A DNA stretch of 64,000 nucleotides from Synechococcus sp. GTDB lineage: Bacteria > Cyanobacteriota > Cyanobacteriia > Thermostichales > PCC-7336. The stretch spans positions 32,001-96,000 of the forward strand of contig JBFRWN010000075.1 in assembly GCA_051439605.1 (NCBI GenBank), read 5' to 3'. The notes under the pieces are model-generated. The model saw nothing but the letters and a program-made list of their open reading frames with translations. It searched no databases and was not told the origin of the DNA. Below are positions 1-10,565 of this stretch, one piece after another. The first letter of the stretch is position 1, and every line of letters starts with the position of its first letter. The translations under genes and the position numbers were made by a program.

Positions 1-1
1 A

Positions 2-1213
2 AGCACATCTTCCAATCCCAGCCCCGAGCAACGCACCGTGACAGTTCTGGGGGTGGTGATCGGAGAGCAACAAGAAAAGCTAGAGGCAGCCCTAGCGCCG
101 TTCGAGACAGAAACCGGGATTGATGTCATTTACGAAGGGACAGACGCCTTCGCCACCCTGCTGCCAGTCAGAGTAGCTGCCAATAATGCCCCTGACATCG
201 CTATGTTTCCGCAACCCGGCTTGTTGGCAGACTTTGCCCGCTCCGGAGACTTGCTCCCCCTCGATCGCTTTGTCGATCGCGATACCCTCACCGCGGCCTA
301 TCCCCAAGACTGGATCGACCTCGGAACCGTTGACGACCAAAGCTACGGCATTTGGTACCGAGCCTCCGTCAAAAGCCTGGTGTGGTACAGCCCCGCAGCC
401 TTTGAGGCCGCAGACTACGAGATTCCCAACAGTTGGGATGAATTAATTGCCCTCTCGGATCGCATCGTTGCGGATGGAGGAGTGCCTTGGTGTTTGGGGA
501 TGGAAAGTGGCAGTTCCACTGGCTGGGTGGGTACTGACTGGATTGAAGACATCATGCTGCGCACGGCAGGGGCAGACACCTACGATCGGTGGCTGACCAA
601 CGACCTATCTTTCGAATCACCAGAGGTCAAAACTGCGTTCGAACAATTTGGCGAGATTGCACTCAACCCCAATTACGTTGTGGGGGGGACTGTGGGAGCG
701 ATCTCTACTCCCTTTGGAGATTCCCCCAATGGCTTGTTCGCCGATCCGCCCCAGTGCTATCTGCATCGACAGGCCAATTTCATTGCCTCCTTTTTCCCAG
801 AAGAGGTGACACTCGGCGAAGACATCGCTATTTTCCCACTGCCCCCCATTGATGACACCTACGGCTTGCCCGTCTTGGTGGCCGGAGACGCATTTGCCGC
901 CTTTAACGATACCCCCGAGGTGGCAGCCCTGATGGTCTATTTGTCTACTTCCCAGCCCCACGAAATTTGGGCGGGATTGGGGGGCTTTATCTCCCCCCAC
1001 AATCAGGTCAGCTTGGACGCTTACCCCAATGCAATTACTCGTCAGCAGGCAGAAATCTTGGCAAATGCGGAAACGGTTCGCTTCGATGGCTCGGATATGA
1101 TGCCCGGGGCGGTGGGAACCGGTTCTTTCTGGTCGGGAGTCACCAATTACGTTGGCGGTACCTCCCTGGATGTCGTTCTTTCAGACATTCAAACTAGTTG
1201 GCCCAGTGAATAG
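2..1213 (+). CDS. ggtB: Sugar/osmolyte ABC transporter substrate-binding protein (GgtB/AglE-like), 5'-truncated by window edge
   Basis: Frame is open from position 2; motifs PDIAMFPQPG, WCLGMESGSSTGWVGTDWIED, RFDGSDMMPGAVG; first of four ABC genes. Confidence 0.85.
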   Translation, partial: STSSNPSPEQRTVTVLGVVIGEQQEKLEAALAPFETETGIDVIYEGTDAFATLLPVRVAANNAPDIAMFPQPGLLADFARSGDLLPLDRFVDRDTLTAAYPQDWIDLGTVDDQSYGIWYRASVKSLVWYSPAAFEAADYEIPNSWDELIALSDRIVADGGVPWCLGMESGSSTGWVGTDWIEDIMLRTAGADTYDRWLTNDLSFESPEVKTAFEQFGEIALNPNYVVGGTVGAISTPFGDSPNGLFADPPQCYLHRQANFIASFFPEEVTLGEDIAIFPLPPIDDTYGLPVLVAGDAFAAFNDTPEVAALMVYLSTSQPHEIWAGLGGFISPHNQVSLDAYPNAITRQQAEILANAETVRFDGSDMMPGAVGTGSFWSGVTNYVGGTSLDVVLSDIQTSWPSE

Positions 1214-1260
1214 CAGCTCTCAAGATCGTCTATTCGAATAACAATTGCTCCATTGCCCCT

Positions 1261-2343
1261 ATGACCCCATCAAGTCTCTCTCGATCGCCTTTAGCCAAAA
1301 CCACCATCCTTGTCACAACTCTGTTCTTAGCCTGTAGTCTTGCGTTGACATTTGCCTTTGGAAGTAGCCCCCTTGTGATGCGTCTTTGGGGGGTCGTTGC
1401 GGCTATTGCCGCTGGGTCTATCGGAGTTATCGCACTCTATTTCGGGTTAAATGCGATCGTGCAGCAGTTACCTCGCCGCTGGCGACCTCGGGTGTTGCCC
1501 TGGGTGTTTATCGGTCCAGCTGCTGCGCTATTGAGTGCCTACTTGGTGCTGCCCACGCTGAACACTATTTACCTCAGCTTTCTCGATCGCCAATCAGAAG
1601 GCTTTGTTGGTTTGAGCAACTATGCCTTTGCCTTCACCGAACGGGTGATGTTAATCGCCTTTCGCAATAACTTTTTGTGGTTGGTGCTTGTGACGGGGGT
1701 GAGTGTTGCCTTTGGTCTGCTGATTGCCGTTCTGGTCGATCGGGTCAAATACGAGCCCCTAGCAAAATCCCTGATCTTTTTGCCCATGGCGATTTCGTTC
1801 GTAGGGGCCAGCGTCATCTGGCGGTTTGTCTACGCCTTTCGCCCAGCAAATTTCGAACAAATTGGCCTGCTCAACGCAATTGTCACCAGCCTGGGCTTTG
1901 AACCCGTAGGGTGGCTGGTTGAGCGATCGATCAATAATTTTGCTCTGATTGCCATCATGATTTGGCTGTACACCGGCTTTTGCATGGTGCTGCTTTCTTC
2001 CGCAATCAAGGGCATTCCCTCTGAACTCCTTGAGGCCGCCCGCATCGATGGGGCCAACGAGTTCCAGATTTTCTGGCGGATTATCGTTCCCCATGTTCGC
2101 TCCACCATCGCGGTGGTGGCCACCACCGTCATCATTCTGGTGTTGAAGGTATTCGACATTGTGTGGGTGATGACCGGCGGTAATCAAGGAACGGAGGTAT
2201 TGGCCAGCCGCATGATCAAAGAAATGTTCACCTTCCGAGACTTTGGCCGAGGCAGCGCAATCGCCGTTGTGCTTTTCATCCTGGTGATTCCCGTCATCGC
2301 CGCCAACATTCGTCGCTTCCAACAGCAGGAGGCGACTCGGTGA
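1261..2343 (+). CDS. ggtC: Sugar ABC transporter permease (GgtC/AglF-like)
   Basis: Multiple TM segments; EAA loop ELLEAARIDGA. Confidence 0.88.
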   Translation: MTPSSLSRSPLAKTTILVTTLFLACSLALTFAFGSSPLVMRLWGVVAAIAAGSIGVIALYFGLNAIVQQLPRRWRPRVLPWVFIGPAAALLSAYLVLPTLNTIYLSFLDRQSEGFVGLSNYAFAFTERVMLIAFRNNFLWLVLVTGVSVAFGLLIAVLVDRVKYEPLAKSLIFLPMAISFVGASVIWRFVYAFRPANFEQIGLLNAIVTSLGFEPVGWLVERSINNFALIAIMIWLYTGFCMVLLSSAIKGIPSELLEAARIDGANEFQIFWRIIVPHVRSTIAVVATTVIILVLKVFDIVWVMTGGNQGTEVLASRMIKEMFTFRDFGRGSAIAVVLFILVIPVIAANIRRFQQQEATR

Positions 2344-3233
2344 TGACGTCCTCCGTACCCGCATCCTCTAAATGGCTCCCGAGAGCCCGCAAAGTTATTT
2401 CCCGCCTCCCTCTCCATGCTGCAATTGTCATCATTTGCGTGTTGTGGAGCTTGCCCACAACCGGCTTGCTCATCAGCTCGTTACGCCAGCGGGATGCCTT
2501 GCTCGAATCCGGCTGGTGGACGGTCCTGCAACCCCCTTTGAATTTCGCTCAATTCACCTGGGAGAACTACATTCAGGTGGCGACAGCTGAAGGTATGGGG
2601 CAAGCGTTTCTGAACAGCTTGACCATCACCATCCCCGCCACGGTCATCCCGATCGCGATCGCCACCTTTGCCGCCTACGCCCTCGCTTGGATGAAATTTC
2701 CGGGGCGGCAGCTATTGTTTGCCATCACCATTGCATTGCTGGTGGTGCCGCTACAAATGACCTTAATTCCAGTGTTGCGGGCCTACAGCTCGTTAGGTCT
2801 ATCTGGGACGTTCTTAGGTATCTGGCTGGCCCACACTGGCTACGGTCTACCTCTGGGCATTTACCTGATGCGCAATTATATCGGGTCGTTACCCAGCGAG
2901 TTGATCGAGGCAGCCTCGGTGGATGGAGCCTCCCACTGGCAGATTTTCACTCGCTTAATTGTACCGCTGTCCGTCCCGGCGATCGCCTCGTTCGCAGTCT
3001 TCCAATTTTTGTGGGTCTGGAACGATTTGCTGGTGGCCTTAGTCTATCTAGGCGGCACCCCAGACGTCGCACCAGTCACCCTTCAGCTAAGCAAGATTGT
3101 CGGCTCGCGCGGTCAAGATTGGCACCTGCTCACAGCCGGTGCATTCGTGAGTATGACAATCCCGCTCCTGGTGTTTTTCACCCTGCAGCGGTTCTTCGTG
3201 CGAGGAATTCTAGCAGGATCGGTGAAGGGCTAA
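2340..3233 (+). CDS. ggtD: Sugar ABC transporter permease (GgtD/AglG-like)
   Basis: EAASVDGA loop; FLWVWNDLL; start overlaps upstream stop. Confidence 0.88.
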   Translation: MMTSSVPASSKWLPRARKVISRLPLHAAIVIICVLWSLPTTGLLISSLRQRDALLESGWWTVLQPPLNFAQFTWENYIQVATAEGMGQAFLNSLTITIPATVIPIAIATFAAYALAWMKFPGRQLLFAITIALLVVPLQMTLIPVLRAYSSLGLSGTFLGIWLAHTGYGLPLGIYLMRNYIGSLPSELIEAASVDGASHWQIFTRLIVPLSVPAIASFAVFQFLWVWNDLLVALVYLGGTPDVAPVTLQLSKIVGSRGQDWHLLTAGAFVSMTIPLLVFFTLQRFFVRGILAGSVKG

Positions 3234-3263
3234 GCGGATTTCAGCAACAGTAATGAGGTTGAT

Positions 3264-4367
3264 ATGGCAGGAGTAGTGTTCGATCGCGTCACCAAACGCT
3301 ACGGCGATTTCACCGCTGTCAGCGAACTCAGCCTAGACATTCAAGATCGAGAATTCCTCGTATTAGTGGGACCGTCGGGCTGCGGCAAAACCACATCCCT
3401 GCGCATGCTAGCGGGGTTAGAAGACCTCAGTTCGGGCCAGATTTTCATCGGCGATCGCCAAGTAAACGACGTGCCCTCTAAGGACCGAGATATTGCCATG
3501 GTCTTCCAGTCCTACGCCCTCTACCCCCACATGACGGTGTACGAAAACATGGCCTTTAGCCTGTCACTGCGGGGGATGCAGAAGGCCGAGATCGACCGCA
3601 GGGTAGACGATGCCGCTCAGCAGATGGGGATCGAATCGCTATTGCATCGCAAGCCCAAGCAGTTGTCGGGGGGGCAGCGACAGCGGGTGGCTGTCTGTCG
3701 AGCCATGGTCAGAGATCCGGCCGTATTTTTGATGGACGAGCCGCTATCAAACTTGGATGCCAAGCTGCGAGTGCAAGCCAGGGCAGAAATTAGCAAACTG
3801 CATCAGAAATTGGGGGCAACGTTTATTTACGTCACTCACGATCAGGTGGAAGCGATGACGATGGGCACCCGCATCGCAGTCCTCAATAACGGGGTGTTAC
3901 AGCAGGTGGATACCCCCGCGAATTTGTACAATCATCCCAAAAACACCTTCGTAGCTGAATTCATCGGCAGCCCCTCCATGAACCTATTTGATGCCCAGTT
4001 GCTCGAACGCGAAGGTGACATGTACCTGAAGGCGCCAGCCTTCGAACTGAAATTACCCGATCGCATAGCAGAGCGATTTCGCCGCTATCGAGATCTCCTT
4101 GTCATCTTCGGCCTCCGCCCCGAAAATATCCACGACCCCCACTATGCAGCCCCTAACATTTCCCCCGCATCTGTCACAGCCCAAGTGTCTGTTATGGAAA
4201 TGATGGGCAACGAGGTGATTGTCTATTTAGAGGGACCCAATGGCAGCGAGTACGTTGCGCGCTTGGATCCGCGCACTGAAATCAAAGTGGGACAGTCCGT
4301 CACCCTGTGGTTCGACATGGAGAGCTTACATTTGTTCGATCGCGATCTCAAAACAGCGATCGCCTAG
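3264..4367 (+). CDS. ggtA: Sugar ABC transporter ATP-binding protein (MalK/GgtA-like)
   Basis: Walker A GPSGCGKT, signature LSGGQRQR, Walker B FLMDEP, TOBE-like C-terminus; GAGG RBS. Confidence 0.9.
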   Translation: MAGVVFDRVTKRYGDFTAVSELSLDIQDREFLVLVGPSGCGKTTSLRMLAGLEDLSSGQIFIGDRQVNDVPSKDRDIAMVFQSYALYPHMTVYENMAFSLSLRGMQKAEIDRRVDDAAQQMGIESLLHRKPKQLSGGQRQRVAVCRAMVRDPAVFLMDEPLSNLDAKLRVQARAEISKLHQKLGATFIYVTHDQVEAMTMGTRIAVLNNGVLQQVDTPANLYNHPKNTFVAEFIGSPSMNLFDAQLLEREGDMYLKAPAFELKLPDRIAERFRRYRDLLVIFGLRPENIHDPHYAAPNISPASVTAQVSVMEMMGNEVIVYLEGPNGSEYVARLDPRTEIKVGQSVTLWFDMESLHLFDRDLKTAIA

Positions 4368-4447
4368 CGTATAAGGGAAGGGTCGCCTGCAGCTGCACAC
4401 TCGCTCAATCTCCAAAACATCCGGCCGAGCTCTCCCAACTTTTATAC

Positions 4448-6415
4448 ATGTCGCTATCCACCTACATTGACGCCGGGCCGCTCAAGCTTCCTTTGCAGGG
4501 GGCGATTCCCCTCGATTCATCTCCCCCTTGCTGTCGAGACTGGACTTTCCAACTCTGGGCTCCTGAGGCTCATCGGGTCGAACTGGAACTGTGGCCAAGA
4601 CAGGTTAGTCACGAGCAGACCGATTCCCCAAGAGCTACCCCCCAGATAATTCCCCTGCAAAAACTTGTTGGATTGCGTTCGCCCGCGAACGACTACTTCG
4701 TGGCCCAGGTGCCACAATTACCGACTGGGACCGAATACCGCTACATCATCGACGACCAACCCCGCCCCGACCCAGCCTCCCGCTGGCAGCCCCGCGGCGT
4801 CCACGGGCCCTCTGCCCTGTTCGACCCCGCCGCCTATGACTGGGAAGATGCTGACTGGAGAGGGATCCCGCTGCGGGACTACATCATCTACGAGCTACAC
4901 GTTGGCACCCTGACAAACGCAGGAACGTTTGCAAGTGCCGTGGCCATCCTGCCCTACTTGGTTGAATTGGGCATTACGGCGGTCGAGATTATGCCAGTGG
5001 CGCAGTTCCCCGGCGAGCGCAACTGGGGCTACGACGGTACGTTTCCTTATGCAGCGCAGAGTAGTTACGGCGGACCGCAGGGACTGCAAACCTTTGTGGA
5101 TGCCTGCCACCAACAGGGACTAGCTGTCATCTTGGATGTGGTCTACAACCATCTGGGCCACGAAGGCAATTACCTCTGGGGGCTAGCCCCGTATTTTAGC
5201 GATATTCACAACACCCCGTGGGGGGCCGCCCTTAATTGGGATGCTCGCGACTGCGATCCTGTCCGAGAGTTTTTCATCGAAAATGCCCTCTATTGGTTGA
5301 CCCACTTTCACATCGATGGACTGCGACTGGATGCCGTGGACTTCATTATTGACACCAGTCCCCTTCCCTTAATGCAGGAAATGCAAGCGCGAATCGAAGC
5401 TCGGGCTCGGGAATTAGGCAAACCGCTTTACTTGTTCGCGGAATCCTGTCGCAATGATGCCCGTTACGTCCTGCCAAGGGGGCAAGGGGGCTACGGTCTG
5501 GCGGCCCAATGGACAGACGATCTGCACAATTCCCTGTACGCACTGCTGACAAACGATCGCCAGGAATATTACACAGATTTTGGCTCGGCCACCCAGCTCG
5601 TGCAAAGTTATCGCCATCCTTTCGTTTTTGCCGGAGACTATTCCCACTACTACCGCCGTCGGCGCGGCACCCCCAATCCTCCATCATTGCCCCCAGAGCG
5701 ATCGGTCGTGTACGCCCAAAACCACGACCGCGTGGGCAATCGCCGTAACGGTCTGCGCCTCAACAATCGCCTGGATTTTGCCAGTCAGAAGCTAGCTGCC
5801 GGGTTAATGCTGTTCTCCCCCTACACGCCCTTGCTTTTTATGGGGGAAGAGTACGGCGAATCCGGACCCTTCGAGTTCTTCACGGACTACAGCGATCCAA
5901 TCGTTATCGAGGGCATGCTGGCAGGCAGACAACAGGAATATGCCGAGTTTTTAGCCTCTGGAGAAGATCTGCCAGACCCCCAATCGAAAGAGGGCTTCGA
6001 GCGATCGCGCTTAAATTGGGATCTGAAATATGCAGATCGTCACCGTCAGTTATTGGCGTTTTATAGAGCTGCCATCCAAACACGGAAGCAGATTCTCCAC
6101 ACAGGCATGGATTACTCAGTCATCTCATTCCCCCCGCAGGATGCTGTCGAACCGACCCTGTTTGGCCTCAGATACACATCACAAGGTGTTGAGTTCTTGG
6201 TGGCGTTTTGTTTACCTGGGGGTGAAACCCAGCCACTACAACTCCCTTCTCCGGGATCGGGCAATCGCCAGTGGATTTGCCAGCTTGATTCGAATTCTGA
6301 AGAGTTTGGGGGTGTCGAGTGCCAAGACAGCCGGATTGAAGGCGATCGCAGGTCTCCATTTCCACAACCTGGAGTACGTCTATACTGCGCCCAAGCCCAC
6401 CTCAACCCCAACTGA
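4448..6415 (+). CDS. treZ: Malto-oligosyltrehalose trehalohydrolase (GH13)
   Basis: PDPASRWQPRGVHGPS, IYELHVG, NWGYDG, DVVYNH, RLDAV, QNHDRVGNR; ATG at 4448 preferred over 4307, which overlaps the upstream gene. Confidence 0.88.
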   Translation: MSLSTYIDAGPLKLPLQGAIPLDSSPPCCRDWTFQLWAPEAHRVELELWPRQVSHEQTDSPRATPQIIPLQKLVGLRSPANDYFVAQVPQLPTGTEYRYIIDDQPRPDPASRWQPRGVHGPSALFDPAAYDWEDADWRGIPLRDYIIYELHVGTLTNAGTFASAVAILPYLVELGITAVEIMPVAQFPGERNWGYDGTFPYAAQSSYGGPQGLQTFVDACHQQGLAVILDVVYNHLGHEGNYLWGLAPYFSDIHNTPWGAALNWDARDCDPVREFFIENALYWLTHFHIDGLRLDAVDFIIDTSPLPLMQEMQARIEARARELGKPLYLFAESCRNDARYVLPRGQGGYGLAAQWTDDLHNSLYALLTNDRQEYYTDFGSATQLVQSYRHPFVFAGDYSHYYRRRRGTPNPPSLPPERSVVYAQNHDRVGNRRNGLRLNNRLDFASQKLAAGLMLFSPYTPLLFMGEEYGESGPFEFFTDYSDPIVIEGMLAGRQQEYAEFLASGEDLPDPQSKEGFERSRLNWDLKYADRHRQLLAFYRAAIQTRKQILHTGMDYSVISFPPQDAVEPTLFGLRYTSQGVEFLVAFCLPGGETQPLQLPSPGSGNRQWICQLDSNSEEFGGVECQDSRIEGDRRSPFPQPGVRLYCAQAHLNPN

Positions 6416-6777
6416 GGTCAATGTGCTACCCCTTCCCATCTGAGATTTTAGGACTTTAGAACTATGCAAATATACCGCCTAAATCTTGGTGCAATCTATC
6501 GAAACAGAATGGCGATGGGACATCTGCGCCTTGAAGTGATGTAAAAAAACACTTCAAAATGACAGATTGTCATAGTTTTATAGTAAGTATTAAATGTGCT
6601 CTCAATTCCTCTGGAAAGACAGGCAAAAAAAACGGATAGAGATTCTTGTTTTTTTTACGGACATCCTGAGGATTTATCCGCTTCTTTAACTTTCTCGGAA
6701 CATATAGTTTTTGGCTATATTTGTTTGATATAGTCACATGTTTGCGTTGACAAACGGTTGAATGAGGCAATGCGATC

Positions 6778-8583
6778 GTGAGGATCAATAGACGTGCAGC
6801 AATTAAGTTAGGCTTGCTCAGCGGAACAGTATGGTTGAGCCGAGCCAATTCAGCAACTGCGTTCGAACAATGCCCGAATACTGATGGATCTTGTACAGAA
6901 TGCCTACCCAGAGAATTACCTGACAGCGAGAGCCCCCAGACGAACCCCTATAGCCCCCAGATCGACCGTTTCGTCAAACCTCTCCGCCTGTTTGAAACCC
7001 TCCAACCCCAATCGAGTTTGCCGGGGATCCCGAGTGAGGATACTCCACCAACTGATATTTTTCATATTGAAATGCACGAGCTAGAAGTGCAGATCTTAGA
7101 CAATGGCCCCGCCACTAAACAATGGGTTTACGTAGGGTTCCAGCCAGATGGGACGCCGTTGCCTTGGCCGGTGATTCGACAAAGGGGAGGAATGGAGGAG
7201 ATTGATGGGCAGAGACAATCCGTCGTTCGTTTCGAGAACTGTTTAGGTAAAGATCGAGAAGGCCATGACATTTGTACTTCGGTTCACCTGCACGGCATGG
7301 CCTCCTTACCTGAATACGATGGCTACGCGGAAGACTTAATGAGGCCGGGTTATTTCAAAAACTACATCTACCCCAACGATCGCGCCGCTACGATTTGGTA
7401 TCACGATCATGCCATTGAAAAAACCTCCCGCAACGTTGCGATGGGATTAGCAGGCTTTTATTTGATTGAAGACGAAGTTGAGCGCCAGTCTGGCCTGCCG
7501 ATGGGAGAGTACGACATTCCCCTTCTATTGCAGGAAGTCACCCTCGGCCCAGAAAAAACGCCCGACGGGAGGGATAACCCCGACTACGGTCAGATTATCT
7601 TTAACAATCGCAACAACCGCAGTCACTACGGCGATATTCAACTAGTCAATGGAGTCCCTTGGCCGCGCTTTACGGTCGAGCGACGCAAATATCGCTTCCG
7701 CATCCTGAACGCCACAGCCTCCAGACTGTATCAGCTGTTTCTCAGCCAATCCCTCGAGCGGTGGACGGGAGACGTCATGCATGTAGTGGCTAGTGATTGT
7801 GGTTTGCTCAGCCAGGCTGTTCCCATCCCCAGCGGACGGTTCCCCAGTGGTCCCAAAAATGTCTTACGGATGGGCAATGCCGAGCGATACGAGATCGTCA
7901 TTGATTTTTCCAACTACGAAGATGGAGATACAGTCTATCTGCGTAACGATCCCGCTCCGCTATCGCGCGATCCCAGTAACCGCAGCGAAGCCCTGATTCG
8001 GTTTGACGTCGCAGGTCCTGTGGTTGACGATGGACTCCCTTGGCCACCCAGGCTACCTTATATCCCTCCGATTCAAACCGAGGTGGACGATATCTCGCAG
8101 GTCACCACCCGAAACTGGCGATTTGGCCTAACCGGATCGAAGTGGACGATCAATGGAAAATTGTGGGATAAAGATCGCATCGATGCTGAAATTCCTGCAG
8201 GAGATTTTGAAATTTGGGAATTGCAAAATGCCGGTGGTGGTTGGATCCACCCCGTCCACATTCACCTCGCTGATTTCCAAATCCTCGATCGCAACGGGCT
8301 ACCACCTCTTCCCTATGAAACGGGATGGAAAGATGTATTTCTTGTGGGGGAATTTGAAACCGTTCGAGTCATGGCACGCTTGGGTGTCCCGAGAGGGAAA
8401 CTCTCTGAGGAGGATCCGGGGGACGAAATTCAAGGAATATATATGATGCACTGCCATAATCTCGTGCATGAAGACCACGATATGATGACTCAATTCAAAG
8501 TAGTGGGTGAAGGAGAAGAACCGTCTCCACCCTGTAGCTGCCCGGCGCAACAAGGAGGTGGATGCAGACTGTCTCAGGCATAG
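6778..8583 (+). CDS. Multicopper oxidase (bilirubin oxidase/CotA-like) with twin-arginine signal
   Basis: Cu motifs HLHG, WYHDH, HPVHIH, HCHNLVHEDHDMM; N-terminal NRRAAIK plus hydrophobic stretch. Confidence 0.92.
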   Translation: MRINRRAAIKLGLLSGTVWLSRANSATAFEQCPNTDGSCTECLPRELPDSESPQTNPYSPQIDRFVKPLRLFETLQPQSSLPGIPSEDTPPTDIFHIEMHELEVQILDNGPATKQWVYVGFQPDGTPLPWPVIRQRGGMEEIDGQRQSVVRFENCLGKDREGHDICTSVHLHGMASLPEYDGYAEDLMRPGYFKNYIYPNDRAATIWYHDHAIEKTSRNVAMGLAGFYLIEDEVERQSGLPMGEYDIPLLLQEVTLGPEKTPDGRDNPDYGQIIFNNRNNRSHYGDIQLVNGVPWPRFTVERRKYRFRILNATASRLYQLFLSQSLERWTGDVMHVVASDCGLLSQAVPIPSGRFPSGPKNVLRMGNAERYEIVIDFSNYEDGDTVYLRNDPAPLSRDPSNRSEALIRFDVAGPVVDDGLPWPPRLPYIPPIQTEVDDISQVTTRNWRFGLTGSKWTINGKLWDKDRIDAEIPAGDFEIWELQNAGGGWIHPVHIHLADFQILDRNGLPPLPYETGWKDVFLVGEFETVRVMARLGVPRGKLSEEDPGDEIQGIYMMHCHNLVHEDHDMMTQFKVVGEGEEPSPPCSCPAQQGGGCRLSQA

Positions 8584-8648
8584 ATAAACTCGACACCATT
8601 AAGCAGCAGTCGATGCGATCTTTCTACTTCCCATAGACTGAATAATGC

Positions 8649-8966
8649 TTACGAGCGATCGCTGGGGGCCGGAGGACGGGCCTCAGTACCTTGATAAAGT
8701 TGCCGGTCGAACTCCCTTATCGACTGCATGTCGTAAACATGTGGAGAGGTTTTGAATTCTGCTTCATTTTTTGAAGGTCTTGACTGTTCGATTGTCTTGA
8801 CATTGGTACCTGCAGAGGCATCAATCGATGCTGGTTTGGGTGGAGATTTAGCATCTGTATTACCGGCTTGGGCAATTGCAGGAGCAATTGATACTGATGT
8901 AAACACAATCAATACAGTAATTAGTAAACAGATCGAGCTCAGCATTTTTTTGAGTAAATGACGCAT
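8649..8966 (-). CDS. Small secreted hypothetical protein (105 aa)
   Basis: Basic N-terminus, hydrophobic core and AIA cleavage-like motif; GAGAG upstream. Confidence 0.65.
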   Translation of the reverse strand: MRHLLKKMLSSICLLITVLIVFTSVSIAPAIAQAGNTDAKSPPKPASIDASAGTNVKTIEQSRPSKNEAEFKTSPHVYDMQSIREFDRQLYQGTEARPPAPSDRS

Positions 8967-9273
8967 AATTCACTCTCGAAAGACGTAGAATATCTCTATT
9001 TGTAAGATAGCCTTTGTTTTTTGAAAGATGCAAATATGTCATCTTTTTTTATTTTAGAAGCCCTAATTGTAAATCTTTATGCTGACAGAATGATATGCAG
9101 GCATATTAGGGGCATAACAATATGCAAATACTATTCATGTATAGAAGAAAACTATCATTTCTGTATGGCTTTTCTGTAAATCATATGTTTTATTGGTTGA
9201 CTGTCAATCCAGATATGCTTTGGACAGGGAAAACGCATACTCAATTCGAAAGCAATGCGTAAAAGATGATTGC

Positions 9274-9467
9274 TATAGCAGTTTTCAGGCTGCTGTAGAA
9301 CAGTCGCAGTGGTGGGCAAACCAGTTACGTATGTCAGTGAAAGTCACCAGATTTAAGACTTCAGAGATGGCTTCATCTAAGCGCTCTCAAGTACGTGCTT
9401 CCGTTTGACGCAGTTCGGCTTTCAGTTTCGACCAGTAGTTTTCAATCGGATTAAAGTCCAGTGAGTA
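9274..9467 (-). mobile_element. IS630-family transposase 3' remnant with a terminal-repeat-like end
   Basis: Minus-strand reading YSLDFNPIENYWSKLKAELRQTEART*ERLDEAISEVLNLVTFTDIRNWFAHHCDCSTAA* resembles the IS630 C-terminal YSPDFNPIE motif; one in-frame stop; ends at TATAGCAGTTTTCA (9274-9287). Confidence 0.85.
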
Positions 9468-9613
9468 GTGAGTAAAAGCAGCTATGCTCTAGGTTTTATT
9501 GCAACAAGCCCGTCTTTGCATATGTCAAAGGAAATAAACATCTTGGAGCTGTACAAGAGAGAGGACACAGCCAGATAGTAGGATGCAGATCCGTTTACAG
9601 CAACCAGAATCGC

Positions 9614-10450
9614 ATGATGGCCAGCTACCAGCAATTCAGCAGTCCTCGCATCAACCTGTCCTATCTAGAATGGGGCAACCAAGGAGAAGCCGTACTGTTA
9701 TTGCACGGTTTAGCAGATACAGCCTTGGTGTGGTCCAGCTTGGGGGAAGCCCTATCTGTGCAGTTTCACGCGATCGCCCCCGACATGCGCGGGCACGGCA
9801 ACAGCGATAAACCCGAGGATGGCTACGACTTTCTCTCCCTGATCCAAGATTTAGAAGCCTTGATGGATTCACTGGGCTGGGAGAACGCCCATATTGTGGG
9901 CCACTCTTGGACGGGGAAATTGATTCCCGTTTGGATGAAACACAGCCCCTCCCGATTTCGCAGTGCAGTCCTAGTAGACCCCTTTTATATCGGACAAATT
10001 CCCAGCTGCTTTAAGTTCACCTTCCCATTGCTGTACAAGGTGCTGCCGTTTCTCAAAATGATGGGGCCATTTGACACCTTGGCAGAGGCGGAGGCTACGG
10101 CCAAAGAATTGAAGCAATATCGCGGCTGGAGCGAGCTACAACAACTAGCCTGTAAAGGCAGCCTAGAACAAAAGGAAGACGGACGCTGGGGCAGCAAGTT
10201 TGCCAGCGTAGCACGCGATCTCATTTTTGATGAGGTGCTCTCCGTGGCTGGGTTGACAGAGACGATCGGAATACCCACCTTGTTTGTGCAGCCGCAGGCC
10301 GGTCTCAATCGCACAGAGCTGCAGCTCAAGCCCTATCGCAAATATCTAAAGCAGCTAACAGTTCAACCGGTACCTGGAAACCATTGGGCATTTTTGGTAG
10401 AGCCCGATCGCTTTAACGAGCTGGTGATTCAGCATTTGAGCGATCGGTGA
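9614..10450 (+). CDS. Alpha/beta fold hydrolase
   Basis: LLLHGL, APDMRGHG, nucleophile elbow GHSWTG, C-terminal GNHW. Confidence 0.9.
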   Translation: MMASYQQFSSPRINLSYLEWGNQGEAVLLLHGLADTALVWSSLGEALSVQFHAIAPDMRGHGNSDKPEDGYDFLSLIQDLEALMDSLGWENAHIVGHSWTGKLIPVWMKHSPSRFRSAVLVDPFYIGQIPSCFKFTFPLLYKVLPFLKMMGPFDTLAEAEATAKELKQYRGWSELQQLACKGSLEQKEDGRWGSKFASVARDLIFDEVLSVAGLTETIGIPTLFVQPQAGLNRTELQLKPYRKYLKQLTVQPVPGNHWAFLVEPDRFNELVIQHLSDR

Positions 10451-10565
10451 TGCCATATCTGGCTGACTTGTTAGTCAATCGTCTGAAATCCATCCAGACT
10501 GGCACAGGCAGTTAAACACCCCGCAAACCAGTCCTGCGGCAAGCACTAGATTATCAACAGCACCA

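Noticed and set aside
9193..9408. 71-aa plus-strand ORF
   Set aside because: Mostly the antisense of the IS630 remnant; no motif
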